Source of the DNA: Pseudogymnoascus verrucosus
Taxonomy: Eukaryota
Strand: one strand, 5' to 3'
DNA: 64,000 nt
Assembly: GCA_001662655.1 (NCBI GenBank)
Contig: KV460243.1
Every line of letters begins with the position of its first letter. The stretch's first letter is position 1. The notes beneath the pieces were generated by a model. The model saw only the letters and a program-made list of their open reading frames with translations, was not told the origin of the DNA and made no database searches. Shown one piece after another: positions 25,024 through 39,424 of this stretch. The position numbers and the translations under genes were made by a program.

Positions 25024-25517
25024 GGTAGCAATTGATTCGGTGGTTGGATTTGACTAGATATAGTTTTGATAACTTGAAAATGCAATAATCACAGTGGTTG
25101 CAAGTGTGTCACCGACATTCAAATACACACCTACAGACACTGATACTTATACATATATAAGTAAACTTAATCTATTAGGTGGAAATTTAATCAACCGGCA
25201 CTTGGTTGTTTTAGCCGGCAGTACATATCGATTTCCCACCGCAGATCCGCCTTCGCGTAGTGGTGGTTACAGATCTTCCGACTTTCTTCCTCCAAGGTAT
25301 TTTGTTTAATACCCCGCAATCAAATCACAGCGGTTAATTGTCTAATGTTTTTTCCGTTATTGGTTGCTTTAACGTCCCCGCCCTTTACCCCTCGATTTGT
25401 CTCTGCTTGATAAGGTAGGCGCAGGTAATCCAATGTTCTCGACATCTATTTGGCGGTTCGTATTCAAAGACAGTTATGTTATAGCCCCGATGCAGAATTA
25501 TATGCCTTTATGCGTAG

Positions 25518-25695
25518 TTATAGATGATTGTATGTCCGCTCATCCTCCACTGGGTCCTCTGCTGAGCTACGCTTTCGTAGACCTGTAGCATTTCTTGCAT
25601 GAGTTGTAAAAATGCCTCTCATATTTTATCCCTCGCGAGTAGTTTCTTTTTCTCAAGCGGAACTCTGCCGATTAATAAATTTTCGGTTCAAGGAC
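25518..25695 (-). pseudogene. Degenerate remnant of the last exon of the SRPK-like kinase at 21507-21690
   Basis: Aligns by eye with 21507-21690 (ttatagatg..tcatcctcc..gagctacgctt..gagtagtttc..ctcaagcggaac..ttaataaattt), with indels. Confidence 0.75.
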
Positions 25696-25983
25696 GTTGA
25701 CGTTGTAGCCTGATGGGAAGGGGAGGGGACGGTGCATGACAGTTAGTGAGAGTCTGTGAATAACTAAATAGAGCCTAGTGCCTTTTTGACTTTTCATAGC
25801 AACTGTGAATCAAATACATACCCTCCATCACCTAGACCAGTATTTATCATGTTGCAGCCTATCGTGCACATATCTCAAAAAAGCAACCGAGACAAATAAG
25901 AAGGTTTAGAATTATGAATATATTACATTATTAATTACTACTTATCGACCGTTTCCCTCTATACCATAAGTCATATAAACTCA

Positions 25984-27525
25984 TCAAGACGACGCCGCCG
26001 CAGATCGCCGCGGAGCGCTCTTCCTCTTCTTCGCCGCCGACGACGTACTCCCACTCCCAGTAGCCTTTACCGCACGCTTAGCATTACCATTAACAGACCC
26101 ATTGCCGTTCAACAGCAGCAGTTCCGCAGCCCTATTACGTTCCTCCTCCTCCTTGCGCTCTTTCCGTGCCTTCTTGCGCTCCAAATCTTCCAGCTCGGAC
26201 TCCTCGACCTCGGATCTGTCGTCCTTCACAATATTGTGCACAAGGAAGCGGTAGGCGCTGCGCAGGAGGCAGTACAGCCAGAAGATGTTGATAGACTGGA
26301 GCATGAGCAGCAGCCCTAATGTGATGACGAAGGAGAGCGTGCACTTGTATTGCTGCGTCTCCCAGTTAAGCTCGTAGGGTCCGACGGTCTTGAACTCGGT
26401 GAAGAGGGAGTAGATGAAGCGTAGGTTCTGGTAGTGACGGAAGTAGATCCAGGAGATGATGCTGGTACCGAAATATAGTTCCACCACGGGGCAGTCGATG
26501 TAGTGGAGTGATTTGGACAACTGCAGACATCTCATTAGCACAGCCCTTGAAAGTCCCCACAAAGCGCAAGGGAGAAATAAGAAGTCGCTTCAACTTACAG
26601 CAAGGAAAAAATCGCTAATATCATGAGTAATGTAAACGGCAAGACCAATATGCATGAAGTGAAATCGGTAGCTCAAGAAAATAAGAGTCAGGGTGATGAT
26701 GTGGTGGGCCACAAGCTCATAAAAGTCCTTGCGAGGCTTCTCCAAGCCCAGCAACATGACAATAGCCTGCTGCGACCAATACGCCGCCTGGAACAAGTAG
26801 TAGAACTTGAAAATAGCCACGTGGGTCTTGTGCGGGAAGAACTCGTACATGCCGTGCGTCTTGAAGTACCACATCGGCGTCCCGCTCATGACGTATAGTC
26901 CAGCGGATCCGATAATCGAGAAGTAGATGGCTGTGTACACCTGTTCCATGAAACGGTACTGCTTTCCGCGCGAGTTGATACCACAGAAGCGGGCGAGCGG
27001 TCGCAATAGTTCTTGCATAATGAACTCGCGGGTGAAAGACAAAACAACGGTGTAGAAAGACACAAATGCGAAATCCCAAAGACCCTTGCCGTATAGTGTT
27101 GGTGCGCTAGGGTCGGCGCCCTCGAGAGGCTCCTGTGCGTAGGAGAGGAAGATGAAGCGGTGGATGATGTTGGACTCGGTCGGGTTGTAGGCATATCCGG
27201 AGAGGAAGGCGAGCATCATAATTAGAGGAATAATCCACGAGTGCTTTGTGACAACGTGCTTGCAGCGACCCAGGAAAGAAGGGGGGTTCCTGCGTTCTAG
27301 GAACCCCGGCTCTTTGCTCTGGCTGTCCGCATCGCCGTTGGGTGTCGATGTCGGCAAGAGGTCGGAGGACGAGACGCTCTTGAGACCAGCCTTTCGTGAG
27401 CTTGTCTTCTTGTCTTTATCTCCCCCGCTTGTCTTCTTGCGCCGCGGAGGGGTCTTACTGTCCTTCGCTGGGGACACCTGCTCCAGTGAAGCCAGGAGGG
27501 GCGTGGAGAATTCGGACGGAGCCAT
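25984..27525 (-). CDS. LAC1: Ceramide synthase, Lag1/Lac1 (LagA-type) TLC-domain protein; one intron near 26522-26597
   Basis: RFMEQVY, FYYLFQAAYWSQQ, LEKPRKDFYELVAHHIIT, HDISDFFLA-SK (Lag1p motif HH/DxxD), WIYFRHY, LNWETQQYKC. Confidence 0.85.
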
Positions 27526-27798
27526 TGTCGCCGACTGAAGATTATATAATAGCAAGGCCGTCGAGGTCTGAGACTATGAAGCCTTATAGGCTGTATGATC
27601 CGGACAGATTGTCGAGGACGGTCAGGGTTAGACCCTTTCGAATGACCCGCAACTCTGCGTGTTGACTGCTTCGTGGGCCACAGCGGCAAGGACGGATTAG
27701 ACGCAATAGAACAGAGAAAGGGACACGATAACAGCCATAGACTGTGTATAAAAAGCACTGCCGGGTTTTTTCTTGAATTTGCTGACAAGTCTTCGAAG

Positions 27799-27834
27799 AT
27801 GTCAGAAATGTCAGAAATGTCAGAAATGTCAGAA
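27799..27834 (+). repeat. (ATGTCAGAA)x4 microsatellite upstream of the Lac1-type gene
   Basis: gatgtcagaaatgtcagaaatgtcagaaatgtcagaa read directly. Confidence 0.85.
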
Positions 27835-28762
27835 TTCGAAATTATTAACATGAGGGTCCACCTCGGAAGTCGCGGGCCCCCGGTATTCCGGGGTTTATCA
27901 TTACTCCCCAAGGTACCTCAGCCTCTTAGGCTAACACACTAGATCAAATTTGGTAATGCGGGTCATGCCCCTGAGATTTGGCTGAGATTTGGTTAATGGG
28001 ACGATTATTATGTCAGCAATTGCCGATGAGATGAGATGAGATGGGATGAGACAAAACACAACAAGCGTTACAGCGGTATTACAACAAAATACAAAGCAAC
28101 TAGCCGTTCGATAAATACTAAATAGGGTCCTCTTCACCATCTGTCAATAAAAGTCGAAAAAAAGCAAAGCATTAAGATGGTATCAAAATTATAACGCCTG
28201 CTCCCTCTCTGTTATCTCGAGTTCAGCTTCATCGAATCGAGATGACTCCAACTAACACCCAGCGCATCTATTCCTCCAGACCATATATACAGTTTATCAT
28301 ATTGCAAACCCCCGTCACCATTGAGCCTAGTCCTAGTAACCTGACGCCATATACATCCAGGACCTGCCACTATTGAGAATAAAGAGTCCCCCCATCCTCG
28401 CTACGCCGCCGTATCTTAACTTGATTATTAAAAAGTGATATCCCCTGTTCTCTATCTTCCACCCAACCTCAAAATGAATAACCGACCCCATTTCTCGACG
28501 TCCCCTGGACGCAGATCCCTCAACACGCCGCCAGGTGTGCCCTATTACTGCTTTTTCAGTCGACTGAAGACTGACAGGCAACACATAGTGCTAGCCAGTG
28601 TATCCTATCGACAGCAGTATCGGACGGAGTAACATGACACGCCAATCACCCTCAGGCGTTCCAAGCTGACCCAAAAGTTGGTATCCACCAATTCAGGTCT
28701 CTGCGTCTGATCTCCCCAGATCTCTTGGCGCAGTATGAGATGGCCATCATCAAGGATGTCCA

Positions 28763-30369
28763 TCAGTCGATCTGCTTCTCGCATCCAATCCTGTTTAGCA
28801 GCTCCTTGGGGTCACTATGCCTGGGCAACGTGATCCCGCTAGAGCTACCGGCCCGCTTAACGCTGTTGCGGCGCTCCCATCCCTTCAAGTTGATCGCCTC
28901 GACGCCAACTTCCTCCTCGAGTGGGTGGCCTGCCTCAATCTCGAGCTCATCGTCCTCAACTTCTTCTTCGCCCTCGTCGTCGCTTCGGATATCCTCCGCA
29001 CTGTGGCCCTGGAGCACGCGCACGGCGACGCGGACAATGAAGGCGGACCAGATTAACATCATGACCTGCAAGATGAGGAGGCAGTACAGGAAGCCGAGCA
29101 TGATATTGTCGTTGAAGCAGACAATGCCCGTGGGGTCGCGGAAGGGCTCGAGAAGGTGAGACCAGTCGTCAGGTACGGCGAGGGGGCCCTGGAGATTGTC
29201 CGCGGATCCACTGTAGCAGGCCGACGTGATTAACCTGGGCAAGTCGGAGTAAACGCTCCAGCAGGTCATGAGGAAGAACACGTGGCGCGTGATGAGCCAC
29301 ACGGTTACGAAGACCGCGAATAAGATATCGGGGATCAAGGTGTATCCGAGGTATTTGAAGCACTTAGCGAGCTGTGTTGTGGTTGTCAGTATAGGTACAC
29401 GGCGTGTAATTACGTATGACTTACGGGGAAAATCAAATCAACGACATCCATGATCACCAGAATCAAGTTCCCAACGCGAGTCTGATGGTACGCATATGAA
29501 GCGCAGATAAGGACGATGGTGACAAGGTGGTGGGTCAACATTTGCCAATGATCCTTTCGGCGATCCTCAATGTTGATAACGAGAACCTGTTGGATCCAGA
29601 AAGACCACTGCCCAAGCATATATCCCTTCATAAGCCCATCGAGCTCTCTCTGGGGCCAGTCGGTCCACAGCTCGTCCATGTTGAGGAAATAAGATGACTT
29701 CCAGTAAATGTACTATAAAGGGTCAGTCGCAACGCAACACGCAACGCGCAAGGAGACTGAGGGAACATACCATTCCCAAGGGCCAGAACACAGAGTAGTA
29801 TATCAACATCCACCCCTGCTCGGCGAATCTGGTAACTTCCTTCTTCTTAGATAATCCCCACATCCTGGCTAACGGCGCAAGGACGTAGTCCATAACTCCT
29901 GCGCGAAGACCGCTGAAGAGCACAATGCAGAACGTCATGAAGAACAAGTCGTCGTGGCCGGCAGCATATTTGCCAGTGTTCGAGTTGTAGTGTGAGAGCG
30001 TGAAGAATTTCGAGGTATATGGCCGGGCTTTCGACATGGACATGTGGGTGAGGAAAAGGAGGGCGATGAGGTTGAAAGCGAAGCCTGTTCAGTACACATC
30101 ATTGTCAGTAAAAGTCGGTGTCGCAGCGCAGGAGGTACATGGGAGACATGAGGGGGAATGTAGACTGAATCTCGCGACATACCTGTCTGGTTATCCAGCA
30201 GCCAGCCCGCCAAAATCTGCAGCGGCCCATCGGCTTTCTTCTTCGCCTTCCGGGCGATATTCACGCTTGAACCGTGCGGCAGCATCTGTTCTGTTGTAGG
30301 CGCCCCAGGGTTCTGCATCTTGTCCTCTGTGGGCTCCATCTGCGTCGCATCGGTCTTCGGTTCGCTCAT
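28763..30369 (-). CDS. Ceramide synthase, BarA/Bar1 type (glucosylceramide branch), multi-exon
   Basis: KFFTLSHYN..TGKY, RFAEQGW, LWTDWPQRELDG, INIEDRRKDHWQMLTHH, RVGNLILVIMDVVDL, AKCFKYLG, EDIRSDDE, ELLNRIGCEK. Confidence 0.85.
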
Positions 30370-31420
30370 GGTGATATTCGAGGCAGATTGAGCCTCGAGG
30401 TATCGGGGGTCGACGAGGTCAACAATGGTAGTCGAGGAGGTAGAATTCGGAACTATTGCCAAGCTTCCTGTCGTAGGTTGATGCCGAGAAAGGGGTTGTT
30501 GGCGGTCGTGGGCGGGGGGCTTTCAACGATCAATTTGGAGCCGGAAACCCGATTTTTCCCGTAGATAAAAACGAATGTGTCAATTGAAAAGAAATATCGA
30601 CTCGATACTAAAGTTCAACTGAAGAGGGAGGTGAACATAGGCAGATGGCGTCTTCTGAGATGTGTTGAGCCGGATCTAAAACACATAAAATGAAGATGGA
30701 ACCTTTGGCGGTGAATGGGGATACATATTTCCGTGCAGGGGTCCGAATTGCGGATGGGGACTTGAAGATCCCCAATTACAGGGCACGGATTTGTACGCAG
30801 TAACGTAAATATCCCCGAGTAAGTCGTGTGACTTGACATGGGATGAAATAAAATATGTTAATAAAAATTAAATTACATTTAAGATGAGTTTAAGCTATTT
30901 TGTGAGGTTGAATTATTATATTATTATTTTTTGGCCTGTAACGCGTTGGTAGGTTTCTATTTTAAGCACATCAATTTGTAACGCACTGGATCAAATGTGA
31001 ATTTTAAAATGAAGCTGAAAAATAATATTTCACGGCAAAAAAGAATACTGTAATTTATATTTACGTTTATTTGTAGGGGATTACCAGATAAGATCCATTT
31101 ACATCCTCTGAACACCCAGCCGGTATCCTACTGTATTGACCTGGATGCCACCAACAGCGATGGCATGCGCCTTTGGAACCCTGATATCACTAAGACGTAG
31201 CTGAATATTGAAGAGGCGTAGATTATGACTCTAAAATGCTGCGACGACTCTTCTCGCACAAACCGCTGCTGTGATTTCTATGCAATGCATTTCACAGATC
31301 GCTTCATCCCTCCAGCCCACCCATAATGCAGTCCAAAGCACCTATGTGATCCATCGAACCCCGCTGTCCAAATCCCCCAACCCCCCACAAACCCTCTCCA
31401 TCCCATCACAAACCCACACC

Positions 31421-32005
31421 CTACTTCGCGTACCTCTTCGTCCACTCCTTGGCCTGCTTATTGAACTCATTGCGATTATTCTTATACACCTCCGCTATCC
31501 CCGTCTCGACTGCATCATCCGGCACCGGTTCCGACAGCAGCTGTAGCGCCGCCTCCAGCACGCCCACAATCTTAGTAGACGGCTTCCACTGGTCACCCTT
31601 CAGCATGCCGAGGCACATCGAGCCGTGCTCATCGTTCGAGACGTTCGGGTGGTAGATCTTGGTCTTGAAGTTGATCTTCGGGGGCTTGAAGGGGTATTCG
31701 GTCGGGAGCACGAGGAGGAGCTTGAATAGGCCACCCTGAATGTGGTGGTTAGCTCTTGGGCAGTGCGTGGTTGGGTGAGAGGGGGAGACGTACGGCATAG
31801 GGAGATTCCGGAGGTCCTTCGATTATGACATTCCAATGATGAATATCGGAGTCTTCGCCGAGGGTGACCTGGATTCCTGGCAGGGGAGGGTTTGTAGCTT
31901 CGTTGAGCTCCTGTATAACACGGTGATCAGCGATGAAAGGTAAGTGGTAGGCTGCAATCAGCTGTTGGATACCTTTGCGATTCTCTTTCCACCTGCGCCT
32001 GCCAT
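31421..32005 (-). CDS. Ubiquitin-conjugating enzyme E2 (Ubc4-related), 3 exons
   Basis: MAGAGGKRIAK/EL..HWNVIIEGPPESPYA/GGLF..YPFKPPK..TKIYHPNV..catalytic MCLGML..WKP. Confidence 0.9.
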
Positions 32006-32765
32006 GATGACGCTGATGTAACGTGCGGTTTAAATTGGAAGATCTTGTGGTTGTAGAAATATTGCAAGGGTTGAAGTAGACAAGAGGGCACTGCTCGCTA
32101 TTTATTACAGGTAAAGAGAGTGTCGTTATTCTAAAAATGTCTTTGTATGGTCTTCTTGAGAGGGGGGTTGTTCTTCTGCGAGGCGTTTTTGTTATGTCAT
32201 CGACCCCACGTCAGGCTACCACCAGGCCCCCCCTGTCGACTTTAGCCTTTCCGCCCGCTAAATACGTCAAGAAAGTTAAGGAAGCCAAGTTCATAAATAG
32301 ATCAGAAATATATCGTAAATAGAACATTCTTTTTATTTTAGAAACACACGAAGCATACGAAACACAAAGAAACAGGATACGAGCTGTGTACCCCGGGGAT
32401 ATATAGCCTCAGTTCCCTGACCTGCATGTATTATGGTATGTGTATATTATCTTAACCAAATGTGAGACTTCGCGTTTCAAAAACTGCCTGACCGTATACA
32501 AGCTTCGTGTTGACGGCTGCCAGAACCAAATGCCCCCCGGATATGTCGCGCAGCAAGATGGATTTAGGTCTTCATAAAAGTCGCTATTAATTGATTGTAC
32601 ACACATTTCGCGCGCTCCATTATCCATGAAAACCCACTGGAATACCCATTTTTGAAACCCTTTTACAATATGACCTGACACTCTCCGGGCCTACATGACA
32701 CCTGCCTGCAGAAAATCACCAAAATCACCAAATTAAGACGCCTCAGAAACATGCATACTGCCCAT

Positions 32766-33343
32766 CTATTCTCGTTGTAATACGACCACCAGCCCCATGA
32801 TCCCCAGCATCGCCGTCTTCAGCCACGGATGCTCGCTCAGCATGATCGTCACGTATCCAACAAATGGGATATATCCTACAACGGAACCAATAATGTCTTT
32901 GCGTTCCAAGAAGTCCTGATCCCGCGCATATAGCTCCGTGTCATCGGCCATGTTGTTGTCGCCCTTCGTTAACAGCTTTGCGCCCTCCCTATAGAACAGT
33001 CAGTTTATGTCTCCGACATCGCCAGTGTCGCGTAGAGATATGCTCACCCCTCCCCAAACTTCCTCACAACACGATGCACAATCGGAATATCCTTCCCCCT
33101 GACATTATAAACCACGATCTCGCCAACCTTCGTCTCCTGGAAGAAGTTCCTGTTCCAGAGAAAGAGCAGGTCCCCACGCTGGAATGCCGGCTCCATGGAT
33201 CCAGAGAGTACGACAACGATCGGCGACGGCGAGTCCGCAATCACAGAGAGTCCCTTCCACATCATGAACGCGGTCGAGAGAATGAGACCAAAGTTGAGAA
33301 CCTGCGACATGGCCTGCCGCGGGTTTTGTAGTGCGGAAAACAT
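32766..33343 (-). CDS. SEC11: Signal peptidase complex catalytic subunit SEC11, 2 exons
   Basis: [57 protein letters not shown]. Confidence 0.95.
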
Positions 33344-33752
33344 GTTGGCGTGTGTTGAGTTGGGATTCGGTATCGGCGCGGATAGGTACAGAAAAGTCGC
33401 GTGGCTCAGGACGCGTCGATTTGGATGAATATAACTGTAAAATTAATCCGCTGAATCGCGTATAGCCTCTCAAGAGGCCACCGTCGGAATTGAGTGACTT
33501 GTTCGTCTTCTGGCTGTCGCTTTGCTGGTCTGGGTATCGCGAGGCTGACACTGTGTTCTTGGAGCTTGGAGATGTGGACAGAAATCACGGAACGAGACTT
33601 TATCCGAGTGCGACCTCAGCCTGGTCGACAGGTCGCTTGAAAGGAACCCCCGAAGATTCCCCGTCGGCCCTCATTTTTCTAGTTTCTCACTTTCTTCCCC
33701 TTCGATATATCCTCATGTGAATTACATTTATTTGGTTTCTGCAAATTTCGAT

Positions 33753-35057
33753 ATGAGAGAACTCAATGCACCACCGGGGAAGTCAGATGCGGTATCATAC
33801 ACATGTACCTGTGGAGAGCCGGGGGTTGTTCTTCTCTTCTACCGTTACTATGCCAATTCGCCCATGCTCCCAGAGCAGTACCTGCCAGAAACTATTGATC
33901 CTGAAAAGCTCGCAGAGTTCCACCGCAAACAAGGGAGGCTTTGCAATCTAAGCGGCAAGGTACGAGTCTCGAAAGAGGGTTTCAACATTACTGTGGCAGG
34001 CAGTGAAGAAGGCATTCAGAAGTACATCACAGCTTGCTGTTCACATTGGAGCTTTTCGGGGTTAGTGCTGGACTTCGATGCCTCCGTCGGCACAGAATCA
34101 AACGATGAAGTGGAAAGAAGGAGAGATGAGTTCTTCAAACCAACCCCCGGGTGCCGCTGTGTCTTTCAGGGGATCTTAAATGTCAGGGTTACGGCGGAGA
34201 TCACGCCACTGGGAGTAACCAACTATTCACCATCAACGTGGGAAGCAGTGCAGGCACTTGAGCCAGCCGAATTCCACCAGAAGTGCCTGGATGAGAAGGT
34301 TAAGCTCGTTGATGTGAGGAACTACTACGAATCCAGGATTGGCTATTTCGTGTCTCCCACGAGCGGGGAGGCAGTGAAACCGCCCATCCGTCGGTTCAGC
34401 CAGTGGCCACAGTGGGTGAAGGAGCATGGGGATAAGATCACGGGGAACGACGAGGAGAAGGATAAACCGCAAGTGTTGACGTACTGCACTGGCGGAATCA
34501 GGTGTGAAAAGGGCGTCAGATGGATGGAAGAGTACATGTCCAAAGATGAGCTACGCGACCAGGGACAAATTTACACACTCAAAGGCGGCATTGCGGCGTA
34601 TCTCACTTGGATGGAAGCCGAGATAGGTACAGGCAAGAAAGCGGCCGAGGACTCACTGTTCAAGGGCCGGAACTATGTCTTTGACGCCCGGGGCTCGACA
34701 GGATTACCTGGAACCGAACCAGTGTCGAATTGTCATAGCTGTGGTGTCTCTTCGGACCATCTGAGTAAGTGTGTATCGCCTGGGTGCCATTTAGTGCTTG
34801 TAGTTTGCCCGGCTTGCGAGTTAGGCAACGTGAGGTGCTGCGACGACTGTTTGAAGCTGTGTCACGAGGAGCAGTCGGGCGAAGCTGCGGGACAAAGACG
34901 CCCGAAGCCTCTGTGCGAGTGTGAACAGGCTCGGGAGAGAGAGCTTTGGGCTGGCGAGAGAGTGAAGGAGCCTAAGAAGCAGGGCTGGCGGAAGAAAAAG
35001 AGGATGCAAGATGGAAACGGGAAGAAGTTGGATATCAGGATCAAGGTGGCAGAGTAA
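33753..35057 (+). CDS. Rhodanese-domain protein of the TSTD2/TrhO(YceA) family
   Basis: VLLFYRY, GKVRVSKEGFNITVAG, DVRNYYESRIGYF, YCTGGIRCEK, LKGGIAAY, FKGRNYVFDAR, Cys-rich C-terminus. ATG at 33753. Confidence 0.85.
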   Translation: MRELNAPPGKSDAVSYTCTCGEPGVVLLFYRYYANSPMLPEQYLPETIDPEKLAEFHRKQGRLCNLSGKVRVSKEGFNITVAGSEEGIQKYITACCSHWSFSGLVLDFDASVGTESNDEVERRRDEFFKPTPGCRCVFQGILNVRVTAEITPLGVTNYSPSTWEAVQALEPAEFHQKCLDEKVKLVDVRNYYESRIGYFVSPTSGEAVKPPIRRFSQWPQWVKEHGDKITGNDEEKDKPQVLTYCTGGIRCEKGVRWMEEYMSKDELRDQGQIYTLKGGIAAYLTWMEAEIGTGKKAAEDSLFKGRNYVFDARGSTGLPGTEPVSNCHSCGVSSDHLSKCVSPGCHLVLVVCPACELGNVRCCDDCLKLCHEEQSGEAAGQRRPKPLCECEQARERELWAGERVKEPKKQGWRKKKRMQDGNGKKLDIRIKVAE

Positions 35058-35829
35058 GTGCAACTTTACGCATTAGGCTGGATATACTCCAAGCGGGCAC
35101 CCGACGAGCACCAGACGCTGCACGGACAAATCACGGCGTCATAGCGGACCAAAACCGAAGCACATGAAGCCTGAAGGGAGGCGATAAAGTTTTATGGGAT
35201 ATGATTTGCTGAGCCGTCAGCACCATATCGGCCTTATATAGGTAACCCTGAGGGATATCCTGGGCCGAGTATAGCAAACAAGTTTTCGTGGGGTCGAGTT
35301 CTCGGACTTGCATGGGAATTTGTGAAGCGTCCCGCTTGGAAACGCTTCCGCATGCTCTGGTAGGACCGATATTTGTTATCCAGGCACCAACCGCGGACGT
35401 CGGATCATCGCATGCAACTTGTCAGCGCCAACGAATTGCAACGCACCACGACAAAAAATCCCAAAAATGAGGCGCTCAACTATTACCCCCTTCGAATAAT
35501 AGCCAAGACGTTCCACCATGTTCCCCTACGCTCAATTGGGCTGGCCGGACTATCACGTGAACGCTAAGCCTCACCCATGCACCCATGTTCCAACATATAT
35601 ATCGAGTCGATTTCCCCGCGCGCGCCTGTCTCTTCTTTCCTCGTCACCACACCTTTAGGGTCGCAAAGAAACAAGAATCTCCGGACGTTCATTACGAATA
35701 GCTAGAGATCTCTTCCTGGGCCCAGTCAATCTTTTGTGCGTCACGTCAAGCCATCATCCCCTCACGCTCATTTCGTCACTCCTTACAATACCCCACACCA
35801 TCCCGAAAGCCATTCCACAGCCCGACATC

Positions 35830-36833
35830 ATGTTCAAACGTTCGCACCGCTCGCGCGATCGCGTCGAAAAGGTTTCACGGCTAAAGAAGAACTTGAAGGA
35901 TGCATCGAAGTCGTCGAAGTTGCAGAGGTCGTTCGAGGAGGATAACCCTTTACTTGGGGCTGCGTGAGTATACCCAGTTGTCATAAATGCGGGGCGCAAG
36001 GCTGACGTTTCATTATGTAGCCCCCTCATCTCTCCGGTCATCACCTTGATGGTTGGAAAGGAAGGACGACTGTTTGCGGCGCACGAGGACGTCCTCTGCC
36101 TATCGCCGTTTTTCGCGGCGGTATGTCGGGGGAAGTTCCTCGATGCGCAGAGTAAGAGGATTGAACTTCCCGACGAGGAACCTGAGATCTTCTCATGTAT
36201 TCTCGAGTATCTTTACGTACGTTATACCGCCGGCCCTTATGAAATGTCAGTATTCTAACAACTCATCTAGAAGGGCGACTACTACCCACGCGCGTTGCAA
36301 AACAAGCGTCGAAGCACCTGGGAGCTCGAGGATGCAGTGAGCTCACCCAACCCCGAAAACGGAGGTGGTCGCGGAAACGCCGAGGCCACAACCTTTGTCT
36401 CCAGCGTGGGAGAGTATCTCCTCCGAGATACCGTCATCTACTGCCTCGCGGACAAGTACGGCCTCGAGGAGCTCAAGCGCCTTGCCCTTCGCAAGCAGGG
36501 TCTGCAGAGCGGAATCGAGGTCGGAACCATCCTGCGTAGCGCCCGGTACGCCTATGACAACACGCCGGACACGGACTCGCGTCTCCGCGCCCATTACCTT
36601 GCCCTGATTATCCGATGTCGCAAGACATTTAAGAGGAGCGGCACCATGCAGACAGAAATGGAGAGTGGTGGAAAACTTTTCTTTGATCTATTCGTCGCAC
36701 TCTGCAACCACGTGGATGATATTGTGGATATCGGGTATGCTCCCAATTTTCTATTACTCGACTCACTGACAAGCACAGGCAGCCTGATACTGACTTCTGC
36801 CGCAGGAATTCCCGGTCGCCCAAGACCATCTAA
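35830..36833 (+). CDS. BTB/POZ-domain protein, 4 exons
   Basis: SPVITLMVGKEGRLFAAHEDVLCLSPFF, LPDEEPEIFSCILEYLY/KGDY, YCLADKYGLEELKRLALRKQGL, ARYAYDNTPDTDSRLR. Introns have GT..CTRAC..AG signals. Confidence 0.85.
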
Positions 36834-37871
36834 GAAGCGCGGTATGCAGAGTACGCAGCGGTAGATGCACAGCTTTCGCGGTCGAAATTGCATCACGAGG
36901 ACCGACACAACGATATTTTTTTTACTCTTCGCATCTCCATCAGACTGGGTACCAATTCGGAGATTTTTGCGTCTTCCCCAAGCACAAACAAACTCCACTT
37001 CCCCCGCGAGGTTTGGCCGCCTTATCATGATGAAAAAAACGAAAAAACCATCCCCGAAAAAAAAAATATCACCATAATCGTTGATTTTCCCCTCATTTCT
37101 TAATACCCCCTTTGCTCTGTTGGACACGGAAAGGATTTTTGCGTTTGCTTTACACCCGCCCTGGGCCGGATTGCTACTGCGCTTGAGGCGTTGGCGGCGG
37201 ACGGTTTGCGAGGGGGCGGGTTAACGATCCACTACTACTTAGGCTGGCACGACCTCTTCGTGCCGCTTTTTCTTGCGTTACTGTTGGGATGCATGGGCTG
37301 CTTTGGGAGGGCTGTGCGCTGGTCTTGATGATGAGTGCGGGATGCGTCCCTAGTGGATGTGTCGAGCTTGACCCCTCTGTCAGGGTCTAGTTAATGGGAG
37401 AATCGGCCACCTCAAATGGCGTATTTATTGAGTGTGAATGTGTGATTTTGTGATATTTGATATTTGATGTCAAGATGGAGCACGCCAAGTAATCCTGATG
37501 ATGCCCCCTTAACGGTTGAGTATCCTTCTCTCTCACCCTAAAGATACATGCTATGATACTCCACACAAAATCAACTGCTGTTAGCCTTGAAATATCAGAT
37601 ATTTGCAAAGAGGCATTGTGCATATCCACCCCCCTCGTATCTAAAATTGCTCTTACTTAAGACCCCACACGAAATAAGTTTTGGCGATATCACATATAGG
37701 CTCCAAATCAAACTGGTCCGGCGGTACATATATCCGTAGTTCATATGTCAAAACACCACAACCTCATCCCATCCCATCATCCTCGACGTCTGTCCCATGA
37801 ACTACCCCGCGACAAATGCCGAACAATTGAAGCATTCATCCGGGACGGTCCACGAGCCTTTTAATCGCAGC

Positions 37872-37878
37872 ATCTATG
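37872..37878 (+). promoter_or_regulatory. Candidate XlnR/Xyr1 site (GGCTAAA) upstream of the xylanase; TATAAA at 38401
   Basis: Exact match to the known GGCTAA(A) consensus ~620 bp upstream of a GH11 gene; the motif is short and could be chance. Confidence 0.4.
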
Positions 37879-38488
37879 GATAATGCTTCCAGGCTAAACT
37901 GACGGCACTCATGTTTCTGTCATGGGATGGTACCTGCCTGCCACTATAAGCTTTCATGCACTATGCAATCAGCCGGCGGTAGAAATGGCGGGGATCCGAT
38001 TTTAGAGCGGAGAATTTCAAAGTCCATCAAAGCTTCCATGGTCGCCGAATAATAGAGTTGACGATCGAATTGAAGCATATAGCGATGATCCTGCTGATCC
38101 CATGATAATTCTATCATGGTTAATGATCACATCGAACTCGCGGCATTCTAAGATGACTGATGATCCCGCTGAACTCAAGCCGCTAGACGCATAACAAGCA
38201 TTGAATGCAACGTCGGCTCACACCGTTCATGGGACTACGGTCCTATTCTCCTAATTTGAAATAAGCCACCATTACCCCACCATATAAACGACTCTACATC
38301 GACTTGGCGGAAAACTGCCTAAATGATGATCGAATCTACCGGGACCCGTTGACAGGCCTGACAGTAAGATGCCTTCATCCGGAACCCGTTTGTAGGCGTG
38401 TATAAAGGCACGACACTTCCACCCAGGTCCATGAACAAGACCAGCCACCAGAACTCTTAAAACGGATCACTTCTACAAATCCAGCAAA

Positions 38489-39424
<936 letters not shown>

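Noticed and set aside
33343..33753. Short divergent promoter between SEC11 and the rhodanese gene
   Set aside because: Common arrangement in compact fungal genomes; no unusual signal.
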